Positions 1 to 9,868 of a stretch of 64,000 nucleotides of DNA are shown piece after piece. Each line of letters opens with the position of its first letter. Within the stretch, counting starts at the first letter, position 1. The notes beneath the pieces were generated by a model. That model saw nothing but the letters and a program-made list of their open reading frames with translations, was not told the DNA's origin and did no database searches. Origin of the DNA: Desulfuromonadales bacterium (GTDB lineage Bacteria; Desulfobacterota; Desulfuromonadia; Desulfuromonadales; JAGXHI01); assembly GCA_024636295.1 (NCBI GenBank), contig JAGXHI010000049.1:2573-66572 (forward strand). Reading direction: 5' to 3'. The position numbers were made by a program, and so were the translations under genes.

Positions 1-589
1 AGAGAATATCCCGCGGCACAACCCGGTTCAACTCTCCGGCGACCGCATCGACAAGGGCGGGCTGGACGCGGTTGGCCGCCAGAGCCAGAAGATCGCATTT
101 GCGCTCTTCGAGCGAATCGAGAAGACCCTGCGCGGCGTTCACCACCTGCTGCGCATCCCTGCCGTGGCCCTGGACCACCGGCAGCACCGCGCAGCCGAGA
201 TTGTTCGCCAGTCTGGCATTGAAATCAAATTCCAGGATCGCGGCAGGACCGGTGAAGTCGGATCCGGCGCAGACGACAAGATCGCATTCGCTTTCAAGGG
301 CCTTGTACTTCTCCATGATCAGCTTCAGCAGGTCCTCTTCCCTGTTCCTGCTGAACATGTCGCGAACGGCCTCGTAGGTGCAGCCGTACAGCATGGAGTA
401 GGGGCTTTTCAGATCGTATCGCCTGATGATAAGATTCGTGAGGGTGTCCGGGCTTTTTTCATCCAGGACGACGGGGCGGAAGAATCCCACCCTGCCCCTT
501 TGTCCGACGAGCATCTCCATGATGCCAAGGACAAGAACAGACTTGCCGGTGCGAGGCTCTGCACTGGTGATATAGATACCCTGTCCCAT
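1..589 (-). CDS. pta: phosphate acetyltransferase, N-terminal part (gene runs off the window start)
   Basis: My own minus-strand translation from the ATG at 589-587 gives MGQGIYITSAEPRTGKSVLVLGIMEMLVGQRGRVGFFRPVV... This is the BioD-like/DRTGG N-domain of long-form Pta. The frame is open to position 1. It lies 65 nt downstream of ackA on the same strand. It is absent from the ORF track because there is no stop in the window. Confidence 0.75.
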   Translation of the reverse strand, partial: MGQGIYITSAEPRTGKSVLVLGIMEMLVGQRGRVGFFRPVVLDEKSPDTLTNLIIRRYDLKSPYSMLYGCTYEAVRDMFSRNREEDLLKLIMEKYKALESECDLVVCAGSDFTGPAAILEFDFNARLANNLGCAVLPVVQGHGRDAQQVVNAAQGLLDSLEERKCDLLALAANRVQPALVDAVAGELNRVVPRDIL

Positions 590-654
590 GGCTTTTTCCT
601 CCTGATCTCCATGCGGTTATTCGTCTCGGGAGCTTTTTAATGAAGGTCCTTAGC

Positions 655-1926
655 TCAGGTTTGTGCCAAACAGGGGCAGGGCGCGTCTCCTCTTCTCACG
701 CTCTTCTCTAGAATCGCCTCGGCCTGGAGCGCAATTTCGAGCTCCTCGTTGGTGCGCACCACAAGGACCCTGACCGGGGCGCCCGCTTCCTGGATCTCCG
801 CTGACTTCCCCGTCACTGAGCTGTTTCTCCTCTCGTCCAGGGTGATCCCCAGCTGTCGCAGATCGGTGCAGACGGCGCTGCGCACCCCTTCCGAGTTCTC
901 CCCGATGCCCCCGGTGAAGACGACGGCATCGAGTCTCCCCAGCACGGCGGTATAGGCGCCGATGTATTTTTTCACGCGGTAGCAGAACATGTCGAAGGCC
1001 AGCCTTGCCCGCTCGTCCCCGTGCTCTGCCCTCTGCTGCACCTCACGCATATCGTTGAAGCCGCAGATCCCCTTGAGCCCGCTCTCCTTGTTCAGGATCT
1101 CTTCCACCCTGTCGACGGAGAGGGACAGCTGCCGGATCAGGTGAAAGGGTATCGCAGGATCGAGGTCTCCGCATCGGGTTCCCATGATGAGCCCCTCGAG
1201 GGGAGTCAAACCCATGGAGGTATCCACGCACACCCCTTCCCGGATGGCGGCGACGCTGGCGCCGTTGCCGAGATGGAGGGTGATCATGTTGAGCTCCTCC
1301 AGCGGACGCCCGAGATGCAGCGCCGCTTCGCGGGCGACATGGAAATGGGAGGTCCCATGGAAGCCGTACCTGCGGATCTGATGCTCGTCGTAAAGTTCAG
1401 CGGGTACGGCATAGCGATAGGCGGCCGGCGGCAGTGTCTGGTGAAACGCCGTATCGAAAACCGCCACCTGCGGAATGCCGGGGAAGCGCATGCGGGCGGC
1501 TTCGATACCGAGGAGATTGGGAGGGTTGTGGAGCGGTGCAAGGGGAATGAGACCGCGGATGGCGTCCATGACCTCGTCGTCGATCACGGCCGGCTCACGA
1601 AACAACTCTCCGCCATGCACCACGCGGTGCCCGATGCAGAAGAGTTCGGCGTCCTCCTGGATGATCCGTTTCTCCCGGTGGATTTTCGCTATGAAGACGA
1701 ACGCCTGACGATGGTTGGCAAGACGCTTTGTATAGACCTGTTCACTGAAGGTTCCGTCCGCCTGCAGCACGCTCTGTTTCATGAGCCCCTCCGCGCCGCC
1801 GATCCTTTCCACCAGCCCCGAGACGAGCTTTATCCCCTTTTTCCGGTCAAACACCTCGTACTTGATCGAAGAGCTTCCGCAGTTGATGACTCCAACCTTC
1901 GTCCCCCTTTCCGCGCTTTCAGGCAT
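655..1926 (-). CDS. ackA: acetate kinase
   Basis: 423-aa ORF with the acetate/propionate kinase signatures VGVINCGSSSIKYEVF, GFHGTSH and VFTGGIGENS. It is followed by pta. Confidence 0.95.
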   Translation of the reverse strand: MPESAERGTKVGVINCGSSSIKYEVFDRKKGIKLVSGLVERIGGAEGLMKQSVLQADGTFSEQVYTKRLANHRQAFVFIAKIHREKRIIQEDAELFCIGHRVVHGGELFREPAVIDDEVMDAIRGLIPLAPLHNPPNLLGIEAARMRFPGIPQVAVFDTAFHQTLPPAAYRYAVPAELYDEHQIRRYGFHGTSHFHVAREAALHLGRPLEELNMITLHLGNGASVAAIREGVCVDTSMGLTPLEGLIMGTRCGDLDPAIPFHLIRQLSLSVDRVEEILNKESGLKGICGFNDMREVQQRAEHGDERARLAFDMFCYRVKKYIGAYTAVLGRLDAVVFTGGIGENSEGVRSAVCTDLRQLGITLDERRNSSVTGKSAEIQEAGAPVRVLVVRTNEELEIALQAEAILEKSVRRGDAPCPCLAQT

Positions 1927-2742
1927 GAGATACTCCCTTTCAGCTCATTTCCAGTGGCTGGCCGGTGGCGCCGGCACGCTGCTTCAGAGCCAATTTCCAG
2001 GATCGGTCTTCTTCCGTTCGCAGATGCGCGGAGCGTTCGATATGTGGGTGACGGGGCTGGTTAGCCCACATATTCCCGGGTCCTCCGCCCTGTGCGCCAG
2101 ATGAAGACAGAGAAAAAGTGCGGGTATTGGCCGGTCGGCTGGGGATGATGCAGCTCGGATCGATTTGTTTTGCCTCCCGCGGGAAGGCGCCTGCATCTGC
2201 GAATCTGACGGTCCAGAGGCAAGGGGTATGGCAGAGGGGTGAGTGAATGAGTCCGAGAGGCTTGCCCGCAGCGACGCCTTGAATGCCCCCTCCAGGTTCG
2301 CGGCGGCCGGTAAGGGGAGTGCGAAAAAAATTCATTTCCATTTCCAGGCAGGACTATTCCCACTCCGCGTTCCTGCAGGGTCGATGAAATTGGGGGTGAG
2401 ACCGTTTTTTTACATTATTACTATTAATGCTACCAGATTATACAAACAAGTCACGACAAGCAAAACCGTGCTGTCTGTTCTGGGGGCGGACTGACCCTGG
2501 CATGACAACGCGCCAATCTTTTCTAAAGTGTCCGAGAATACCGCCATCGCACTTCAATTTTAATTTTAACGCCATTTACACCACGACTGCTATTGGATTA
2601 TAAGCCAATCGCCATTAAAGAAAACGAGAAGAAACGCCATGTCTTTTTTTGACTATTTCCGCACAGTATCAACATGGACGCCCGAGAAGCTGCGCCTATT
2701 CCTGCACGAAAGCAGGAATTTCACCATCGAGAAGAAGGCCGG

Positions 2743-3756
2743 TCACTTCCCTCTGCGTAGCTGGTATTTCCGCACTGCGCGGTTATGCTCCTTGAGGGTG
2801 CGGGAAAAAACGTGGGTTCCGTCTCCCCGGGAGACGAAGTAGAGGAAGTCCGTTTCGGCGGGATCGGCTGCGGCCCTGAGGGCGTCCTCGCCCGGGTTGG
2901 CGATGGGTCCTGGCGGCAGTCCGCGAATGGCATAGGTGTTGTATGGGGTTTTTTCGGTGAGATGCGCCCGGGTCAGATTGCCGTCGAAATCCTCGATACC
3001 GTAAATGACCGTCGGGTCCGCCTGCAGAGGAATTCCTTTTCGCAGCCGGTTGTGGAAAACGGAGGCGATCAGGGGCATCTCTTCCCGGTTTCCCGCCTCT
3101 TTCTGAACGATGGAGGCCAAGGTCGTCAGTTGATGGAGATTCAACCCGCGGGCCTCGGCCTTCTGGAGGATGTCCGGGTTCACCCGTGACCGGAATTCCG
3201 CCACCATAGTCTTCAGCAGGCGTTCGGCATTCATTCCTGCGGTTAGCGCGTAGGTATCGGGGAAAAGATAGCCTTCCAGTGTCGGTGCATCAAATTCGAG
3301 GCTCCGGATGAAATCAGGGTCGCGGGCCTTTTCGAGGAACTGCTCGGCCGCCGCGAATTTCTCCTGCTCCAGTCGGGCGGCGATCTCCCGAAGCGTCCAA
3401 CCCTCCGGCAAAGTCAGCCGCTGGAGGATCACGTCTCCCTTGACCAGACGTCCCAGCACTTTTTCCGGGTCGGCCGGCTTTTCAAACGCATACTCCCCCG
3501 CCTGAATCCGGAGCATTTCATCGCGCCAGTGCGCAAGAACCTTGAACTTCAATGCACTGGCGATCACCCCTTCCTGCTGGAGACGATGGGCAACGGCGCC
3601 AAAGGATGTGCCGGGGACGATGGACAGATGCACGGTCCGAGGTGGTTCGACCGTGTTGCGGAGGAAATGATAGTAATCCAGACCCGCAATCAACGCCGTC
3701 AGAAAGCACGCCGGAAGAAATATTCGGAAAGCCAGTCGGGTTAAAGTCATAATCAC
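2743..3756 (-). CDS. mltG: endolytic murein transglycosylase MltG (YceG family)
   Basis: 337-aa ORF with an N-terminal TM segment and a YceG-like domain. The C-terminus ...LYFVSRGDGTHVFSRTLKEHNRAVRKY is typical of the family. Confidence 0.9.
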   Translation of the reverse strand: MIMTLTRLAFRIFLPACFLTALIAGLDYYHFLRNTVEPPRTVHLSIVPGTSFGAVAHRLQQEGVIASALKFKVLAHWRDEMLRIQAGEYAFEKPADPEKVLGRLVKGDVILQRLTLPEGWTLREIAARLEQEKFAAAEQFLEKARDPDFIRSLEFDAPTLEGYLFPDTYALTAGMNAERLLKTMVAEFRSRVNPDILQKAEARGLNLHQLTTLASIVQKEAGNREEMPLIASVFHNRLRKGIPLQADPTVIYGIEDFDGNLTRAHLTEKTPYNTYAIRGLPPGPIANPGEDALRAAADPAETDFLYFVSRGDGTHVFSRTLKEHNRAVRKYQLRRGK

Positions 3757-3859
3757 TGGGATGCCATTGATCGGCAGGAAGATGAAGGGATTTTCAGAAA
3801 CATCTTACGGCAGAGGAGATTTTCCGTCAAGCGGAGGAATGCGGGTCGGTCTTTTTTCA

Positions 3860-4450
3860 TCAGGTTTTGAAACAGTTTTCAGACCCGTTCATCAGCCGCC
3901 GGATATTGTCGCGATGGCGCATGATAACCAGCCCGCCGATCAGGAGGGAGACGACGAAAAGGGGCAGGGATTTCTCCAGGAGCAGAATCAGGAAGGGGAT
4001 CAGGCCCGCGGCCCAGATGGACCCCAGGGACACATAGCGCCACTTCCAGAGAATCAGGCCAAATACCAGCACACCCAGAAGAGCGGACAAGGGAGAGAGT
4101 ACCAGAAAAATGCCGAGGCCCGTGGCGACGCCCTTCCCACCTCTGAATCCGAGGTACACGGGAAAACAGTGCCCCATGAAAGTCACCAGGGCAACCAGCG
4201 CCACCTGGGGAACGGTCAATTTGAAAACCAGAAGGGCCGCAAGAACGGGAAGGACCCCCTTCAGCATATCCCCCGCGAGGGTGAGAATCCCAAGGCGCCG
4301 TCCCGCCACGCGGTATACGTTTGTTGCGCCGATATTGCCGCTGCCTGCGGCCCGGACATCCCCCGCTCCCGCAAGACGGGTGAGCACTACTCCTGTGGGA
4401 ACGGCGCCTATGAGATAAGCGGCGATGACAAAGACGATGAAAACGGCCAC
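3860..4450 (-). CDS. plsY: glycerol-3-phosphate acyltransferase PlsY
   Basis: The ORF track gives 301 aa, but the first 105 aa overlap the upstream gene. A GTG at 4450 gives 196 aa (VAVFIVFVIAAYLIGAVPTG...GSGNIGATNV...HCFPVYLGFRGGKGVAT), which matches the PlsY pattern. Confidence 0.9.
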   Translation of the reverse strand: MAVFIVFVIAAYLIGAVPTGVVLTRLAGAGDVRAAGSGNIGATNVYRVAGRRLGILTLAGDMLKGVLPVLAALLVFKLTVPQVALVALVTFMGHCFPVYLGFRGGKGVATGLGIFLVLSPLSALLGVLVFGLILWKWRYVSLGSIWAAGLIPFLILLLEKSLPLFVVSLLIGGLVIMRHRDNIRRLMNGSENCFKT

Positions 4451-4455
4451 TGAAT

Positions 4456-6075
4456 CTATCCCTTTCCTCCGTCCGCGGCCTTTACCGCGATGGCGAAATC
4501 GGGACAGATGTAAAGACATCGCAGACAACCGATGCAGCGCTCTGTATTGGCCGCAACCGCGGGCTTGTAACCGCCGGCATTGAAATCCTCCGATTGCTCG
4601 AAAACCCCGAGATGGCAGATTTCCCGACAATAACCGCAATCCTTGCAAATGGCCGCATTGACCGTCACCTCGAAATCGCGCAGATCGCAGGAGAGGCACC
4701 GCGACGCTTCGGCGATGGCCGCGTTTCTGCCATATACCCTTTCCACGGTCTCGAATGAGGTGCACCGTTTGCCGAGGGCGACCTTCCGGACATCCTTGCG
4801 GGCGGCGCCTCGCGGCGCTGTCTCCGGCGGCAGATCGACTTTTTCTTCGGCCGGGCTTTCCGGCAGTTCCCCCGAACCTCCCAGAAAACGATCGATCGAG
4901 GCGCAGGCCCGTCTTCCCTGAGCGATGGCCTCGATTATGTTCGACGATCCGGTAACCGCATCCCCCGCCGCGAAAATCCCCTTCCTGCAGGTGGCGAGGC
5001 TCTCTTCATCGACACGGATTTCCCCGTACTCCCGCCCTTCCAGGCTGACCGATGCGGCATCCGCGGCCTGTCCCGTGGCGACGATCACTGTGTCGCTCTT
5101 CAGGACGTATTCGCTTCCCTCTATGGGGACCGGTCTGCGCCGGCCACTTTCATCAGCGTTTCCAAGACGCATCCGGACGCAAGTGACTTCATCACCTTCG
5201 ATGATCACAGGGGCGGTCAGAAATTCGATCCGGACGCCCTCCTCAATAGCCTCCTCGATTTCCTCCTGGCTTGCCGGCATTTCCGAACGGCTCCTGCGAT
5301 ACAGCTGCACCACCTCCGCTCCCTGACGAATCGAAGCCCGGGCCGCATCCATGGCCGTGTTGCCCCCGCCAACCACAATGACCCTGTGCCCCAGAGCGGG
5401 TGGATTTCCTTCATTGACCTGTTTCAGAAAGGAGATCCCTTCCAGAACGTTCGGGGCGTCCTCTCCCGGGATGCCCATCTTCGAGGGTTTCCAGGCGCCG
5501 GTAGCCACCAGGACCGCATCGAAATCTTTTTCCAGAAGGGATTCCGCCGATGAAACCGGGGAGTCGGTTTTCATCTCCACTCCCCCGTCCATGATATACG
5601 TAATCTCCCGATCCAGAACCTCTTCAGGCAGGCGATAATCCGGAATGCTGTAGCGCAGCATGCCGCCAAGCCGGGGAAGCGCCTCGAAGAGCGTGACCGC
5701 GTGTCCCTGCAGGTTGAGATAATAAGCTGCTGTGAGGCCGCAGGGTCCGGACCCGATGACTGCGACCTTTCTGCCCGTCGACTGCCGTCTGGGAATTTCT
5801 ACCGCCTTTCGGCCGCCCTTTTCCGCAGCCGCTCTCTTGAGCCGCCGGATGGCGATGGCATCATCGAACAGAACCCTCGCGCATTTTGCTTCGCAGGGAT
5901 GGGCGCAGGCGTACCCGCAGACGAGGGAAAAGGGAATCCGCTCGTGAATGACGTCGAGGGCCCTTGCAAACCGTCCCTCCCGGATCAGTCGGACGTAACG
6001 GGGAACATCGACGCCCGCGGGACATCCCTTCCTGCATGGGGCGTCTGGTTTTCTGCTGCTCTTTATGACTGTCAT
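4456..6075 (-). CDS. GltD-like NAD(P)H-dependent oxidoreductase with C-terminal 2x[4Fe-4S] ferredoxin domain
   Basis: 539 aa. It has an N-terminal Cys-rich Fe-S region and the dinucleotide-binding motifs VAVIGSGPCGLTAAYYL and VIVVGGGNTAMDAA, as in glutamate synthase small-subunit family proteins. The C-terminal CKDCGYCREIC and CIGCLRCLYICP are ferredoxin motifs. Confidence 0.8.
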   Translation of the reverse strand: MTVIKSSRKPDAPCRKGCPAGVDVPRYVRLIREGRFARALDVIHERIPFSLVCGYACAHPCEAKCARVLFDDAIAIRRLKRAAAEKGGRKAVEIPRRQSTGRKVAVIGSGPCGLTAAYYLNLQGHAVTLFEALPRLGGMLRYSIPDYRLPEEVLDREITYIMDGGVEMKTDSPVSSAESLLEKDFDAVLVATGAWKPSKMGIPGEDAPNVLEGISFLKQVNEGNPPALGHRVIVVGGGNTAMDAARASIRQGAEVVQLYRRSRSEMPASQEEIEEAIEEGVRIEFLTAPVIIEGDEVTCVRMRLGNADESGRRRPVPIEGSEYVLKSDTVIVATGQAADAASVSLEGREYGEIRVDEESLATCRKGIFAAGDAVTGSSNIIEAIAQGRRACASIDRFLGGSGELPESPAEEKVDLPPETAPRGAARKDVRKVALGKRCTSFETVERVYGRNAAIAEASRCLSCDLRDFEVTVNAAICKDCGYCREICHLGVFEQSEDFNAGGYKPAVAANTERCIGCLRCLYICPDFAIAVKAADGGKG

Positions 6076-6136
6076 CTTTTTCTCCAGGAATCTTCCGGAG
6101 GCCGGAAGTAAATCGATTATACTTTTTATTTGGAAA

Positions 6137-6694
6137 TCAGGCGCCTCGGACCAGCTCCATGCCCCTGTACAGCGCCTGAAGACTTAAATCCGCTTTAGCC
6201 TTGAATCGTTTCTCGATCACCCGGGCCAGACTCTGAATATCGACCACGCCTGTCGCCGCGCAGAGGGCTCCCAGTGCAAGCATGTTGACCGCGGAGGTAT
6301 TGCCGAGATCGCTGGCAATGCGGGTAAAAGGATGGCCCGAAAGACTCGCGCCGTCCTCCGCCTTCGCCAGGGTGGTGTCGAACAAGATGGGCACGCCTTT
6401 CTGCGCCTCGGGACGAAATTTGTCCAGGGCCTCCTGGGTCAGTGCCAGAATAATGTCCGGGTTCTGCACCTGCTGAAAAATGATCTCGTCCCGATCCATG
6501 ATGACCTCGGCCAGGGAGAGCCCCCCACGGCTGGCAACGCCGTATGATTGCGTCTGGGCCACATTCCTGCCCTCCAGAATCGCGGCTTCTCCAAGCAGAA
6601 TGCCGGCCAGAACCAGCCCCTGACCGCCGGTTCCGGCAAGAATGATTTCATGTCGCTTCTGACTTTTCTTCATCTCCACTCCCGCTTTCATCAC
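6137..6694 (-). CDS. 2-oxoacid:ferredoxin oxidoreductase, gamma subunit
   Basis: 185 aa. ILAGTGGQGLVLAGILLGEAA...SYGVASRGG is typical of the OFOR gamma domain. There is a 4-nt overlap with the beta subunit gene. Confidence 0.9.
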   Translation of the reverse strand: MMKAGVEMKKSQKRHEIILAGTGGQGLVLAGILLGEAAILEGRNVAQTQSYGVASRGGLSLAEVIMDRDEIIFQQVQNPDIILALTQEALDKFRPEAQKGVPILFDTTLAKAEDGASLSGHPFTRIASDLGNTSAVNMLALGALCAATGVVDIQSLARVIEKRFKAKADLSLQALYRGMELVRGA

Positions 6695-7515
6695 AATTCG
6701 AGCGCTCTCTTGCGGATTTCTTCATAGCGTGTATTGAAATCGGGCGCATTCCGGTCGACAAGCGTTCCGACAGCGAAATAATCTTTCTTTTCCCCCACCC
6801 CCAGCTTCCGGTATTTCTCTACCGGAAGGCTCTTTTCCTGGAGCCAGAGAAGCATCTCCCGAGCCTCGAGCATTTCGTTGTTCTTGCCGAAGTGCGTCGG
6901 ACAGGGGCTGACGACCTCCACCAGGGAAAACCCCTTCTTGTTCAGGGCTTCCTTGATATTCTCCTTGAGTTCCCATCCGTGGTAAGGGGTCTGTCGGGCG
7001 ACATAGTTGGCGCCGGCAACTTCCGCAAGGGCGCAGATGTCGATTTCCCGCTCGGGGTTGCCGAAGGAGGTCGTGCTTGTAATGCATTCCTCGGGGGTCG
7101 TTCCTGAAGCTTGGCCTCCGGTCATGCCGTAATTGAAGTTGTTCAGGATAATGGCCGTCACGTCGATATTTCGCCTGGCGGCATGGATCAGGTGGTTGCC
7201 GCCAATGGTGACGCTGTCTCCATCGCCCATGATGACGACCACCTTGAGCCGTGGATTGAAGGCTTTGACACCGGTCGCATGGGGCAGAGCCCGTCCGTGA
7301 GTAACATGAAGAGCGTTGGTCGTGAGATAGTCGTCGAGCTTGCCGGTACAGCCGATCCCCGTAACCACCACAGTCTCATGGTTCGTGTATTCGAGTTCCT
7401 CGAAAGCACGCACCATCGCCCCCATCAGGATGCCGATGCCGCAGCCGGAGCACCACATGTGCGGCAGCATGCCATTTTTCAGATATTTTGTTCCTGTTGC
7501 GTGAGTCATATTCAA
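6691..7515 (-). CDS. 2-oxoacid:ferredoxin oxidoreductase, beta (TPP-binding) subunit
   Basis: 274 aa with WCSGCGIGI at the N-terminus and a GDGD..IGGNH TPP-binding region. It overlaps the alpha gene by 4 nt. Confidence 0.9.
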   Translation of the reverse strand: MNMTHATGTKYLKNGMLPHMWCSGCGIGILMGAMVRAFEELEYTNHETVVVTGIGCTGKLDDYLTTNALHVTHGRALPHATGVKAFNPRLKVVVIMGDGDSVTIGGNHLIHAARRNIDVTAIILNNFNYGMTGGQASGTTPEECITSTTSFGNPEREIDICALAEVAGANYVARQTPYHGWELKENIKEALNKKGFSLVEVVSPCPTHFGKNNEMLEAREMLLWLQEKSLPVEKYRKLGVGEKKDYFAVGTLVDRNAPDFNTRYEEIRKRALEL

Positions 7516-8675
7516 CCCCCTGCCCGGACGGATTGGCCTGAACGGCTTTCCAGAATGGATTCGAGGATATCCCGCGGCGTGATGATCGTCCCATTGTACC
7601 GGTTGACCCGCAGGATTTCTTTTTCAGTCCCGACGACCCGCTGCACTTCTCCGGCAATCTGCCCGCTGTAATTCATCTCCGGCACCACCACGGTATCCAC
7701 ATCCCGCGCCAGGGCCGCCACTTCCTTCTCCGGAAATGGCCAGAGAGTCAGAAGCTGAAGCACACCGACTTTGACGCCGCGCTTGCGCGCTTCCAGGGCC
7801 GCGGCACGCCCAGAGCGGGTGGTGGCTCCGATGGTCACCATCAGAACGTCCATGTCTTCGGTATCGAAGGTTTTCGTCAGGCAGATCTCATCCCGGTGAA
7901 GATCGATCTTTCTGTGAAGCTGCTCGACCCTCCAGGAGGCATTCTGAGGATTGTTGTTGGCGTAGCCATTGGGGCCGTGCATGGAGCTGGTAATGTGAAA
8001 GACGTGGTCGCCTCCGTAGGCGGCCAAAGGGGCGATGCCGTCCACTTCGGCCTCAAAGGGCAGGTACTGGTCCGGTGGACAGGAAGGTTTCTTTCGATCG
8101 ATGATCTCCAGCTCCCCGGCGCGGGGGACTTCAAAGCTCTCGCGCATGTGGCCCACGATTTCATCAGGAGCGAGAATGACCGGAACCCGGAACTTTTCGG
8201 CAAAATTGAAAGCCTTGACCGTCAGTTCGAAGCATTCCCTGACGGAAGCGGGACAGAGGGCGATCACCGTCTGGTCGCCGTGCCGACCCCACCGCAGCTG
8301 CATGATGTCGGACTGCGACGGCTTGGTCGCCAGTCCGGTGCTCGGCCCGGCGCGCTGGACGTTGACAATGACGCAGGGCACCTCGCCCATGACGGCAAGG
8401 CCCAGATTCTCCTGCATCAGCGAAAAACCGGGACCGCTCGTTGCCGTGAAGGCCTTTGCACCTGCCAGAGAGGCGCCGACTACCGCTGCGATGCTGGCGA
8501 TCTCATCCTCCATCTGCAGAAATATGCCGCCGATCGTCGGCAGGACTCTGGAGCAGATTTCGGCAATCTCCGAAGAGGGCGTTATGGGGTAACCGGCGTA
8601 AAATCGGGCGCCCGCATAGATCGCGGCCTCCGAAATCGCCTGATTTCCTTGCATCAGCTTGATTTCCCGTCCCAC
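7512..8675 (-). CDS. 2-oxoacid:ferredoxin oxidoreductase, alpha subunit
   Basis: 387 aa. MQGNQAISEAAIYAGARFYAGYPITPSSEI is the canonical OFOR alpha N-terminus. It is the first gene of the alpha-beta-gamma set. Substrate (pyruvate, 2-oxoglutarate or other) cannot be told from the sequence alone. Confidence 0.9.
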   Translation of the reverse strand: MGREIKLMQGNQAISEAAIYAGARFYAGYPITPSSEIAEICSRVLPTIGGIFLQMEDEIASIAAVVGASLAGAKAFTATSGPGFSLMQENLGLAVMGEVPCVIVNVQRAGPSTGLATKPSQSDIMQLRWGRHGDQTVIALCPASVRECFELTVKAFNFAEKFRVPVILAPDEIVGHMRESFEVPRAGELEIIDRKKPSCPPDQYLPFEAEVDGIAPLAAYGGDHVFHITSSMHGPNGYANNNPQNASWRVEQLHRKIDLHRDEICLTKTFDTEDMDVLMVTIGATTRSGRAAALEARKRGVKVGVLQLLTLWPFPEKEVAALARDVDTVVVPEMNYSGQIAGEVQRVVGTEKEILRVNRYNGTIITPRDILESILESRSGQSVRAGG

Positions 8676-9030
8676 AGTCTCTCTTATCCTTTCCTTGCTC
8701 TTCCGGCGTCCACTCCGGCCACCGATCCTTGTTTAAACAGGCATTAACGGGCGCCCCGTTCGGGACCCTGCAATTTTTCTCCCGGAAATGTTCGATAAAT
8801 TATCATTTTTACCTTCAAAGGGAAAGGAAAATTGGTGCGGAGATGGCTGAAAATAATTCTCGGACCTCCCTGCGGACCTGTTATTTTCATTCCCCGCGCC
8901 ATTGGACCAGAAGACGCGCCCAGCGTTTTCTCCGGAAAAAAGGGCGTTTTCTTGACAGGACCTTCTCCCCGGCGTACCCTGCGCCGGTATAAGACCATTG
9001 ACTCGAATTCCTGATTTGTAGAGATCCGCC

Positions 9031-9765
9031 ATGACGCAAGCCTTCAAGCCCATCCGGCCCCGGCGCATCGCCGAGGAAATCATCGGTCAGATCAAGGAAC
9101 TGATAAAAAAAGGTGAGTTGAAACCCGGTGAACGCATTCCTTCGGAACGGGATCTCTCAGCTCTTCTGGAGGTCAGTCGTCCTTCCGTCCGCGAAGCGAT
9201 CACTGTGCTCGAGGCGATGGGATACCTGGATTCGCGCCAGGGAGGAGGCACCTATGTGCGCTCACTGGCCCAGACCTCCCTCGCCGATCCTCTCACCAGC
9301 CTGGTCGGAGAAAAGGACCCCAGCATGCTCCACGCACTGGTGGAGGTGCGCCTGGGGCTGGAGTCCTGGTCGGCCTTTCTGGCGGCCCAGAGAGCGAAGC
9401 CCGAAGAGATCGTCCGGATAAGGGATCTGCTGGGAACCATGGAGAAGCAGGCAGAAGGGGGTGGATGGGATGCCGATATCGATTCCCGTTTTCACTACGC
9501 CATAACGGCCGCATCCCACAATACCCTGCAGATCCACATTCTTGACACTATTCATTCTCTTTTCCATACCACCATCCAGGTGGCCCTCATGGAGTTTTAC
9601 CACAAGGCGGACACCATCGATATTCTCCGCCGTCAGCACCGCGACATTTTCGACGCCATCGCCGCCCACAATCCGGAGAGGGCGCGGCAGAAAATGATGG
9701 ACCACCTTTCCATGGTGGAAGAAAAAATGTCCGAGCTTCTGGCTGAGCAGGAGACCTTCCCCTGA
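9031..9765 (+). CDS. GntR-family transcriptional regulator (FadR/FCD subfamily; LldR/PdhR/GlcC-like)
   Basis: 244 aa. It has an N-terminal winged HTH (GERIPSERDLSALLEVSRPSVREAITVLEAMGYL) and a C-terminal all-helical FCD-like domain. Confidence 0.9.
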   Translation: MTQAFKPIRPRRIAEEIIGQIKELIKKGELKPGERIPSERDLSALLEVSRPSVREAITVLEAMGYLDSRQGGGTYVRSLAQTSLADPLTSLVGEKDPSMLHALVEVRLGLESWSAFLAAQRAKPEEIVRIRDLLGTMEKQAEGGGWDADIDSRFHYAITAASHNTLQIHILDTIHSLFHTTIQVALMEFYHKADTIDILRRQHRDIFDAIAAHNPERARQKMMDHLSMVEEKMSELLAEQETFP

Positions 9766-9868
9766 AAATGAGAACGACCACCCGCGAATGATCCTCGGAT
9801 GGCCTTTTTTGTTCACTTCGGCTGAGAGCTCAAGCCGCCTGAAAATTATCCCTTTATCGCAGGTCGTA

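Noticed and set aside
2639-2842. A 67-aa plus-strand ORF (MSFFDYFRTVSTWTPEKLRLFLHE...) in the long ackA-mltG intergenic region, together with scattered CGCCAT repeats at 2542-2640.
   Set aside because: The ORF runs into the 3' end of mltG on the opposite strand and I recognised no domain. The CGCCAT copies are irregularly spaced at 28, 40 and 25 nt. It may be a gene remnant, but that is not supportable.
4451-4765. The upstream 105-aa extension of the plsY ORF (301-aa version in the track).
   Set aside because: It overlaps the 3' end of the GltD-like gene and has no PlsY-like sequence. A GTG at 4450 gives a normal 196-aa PlsY.
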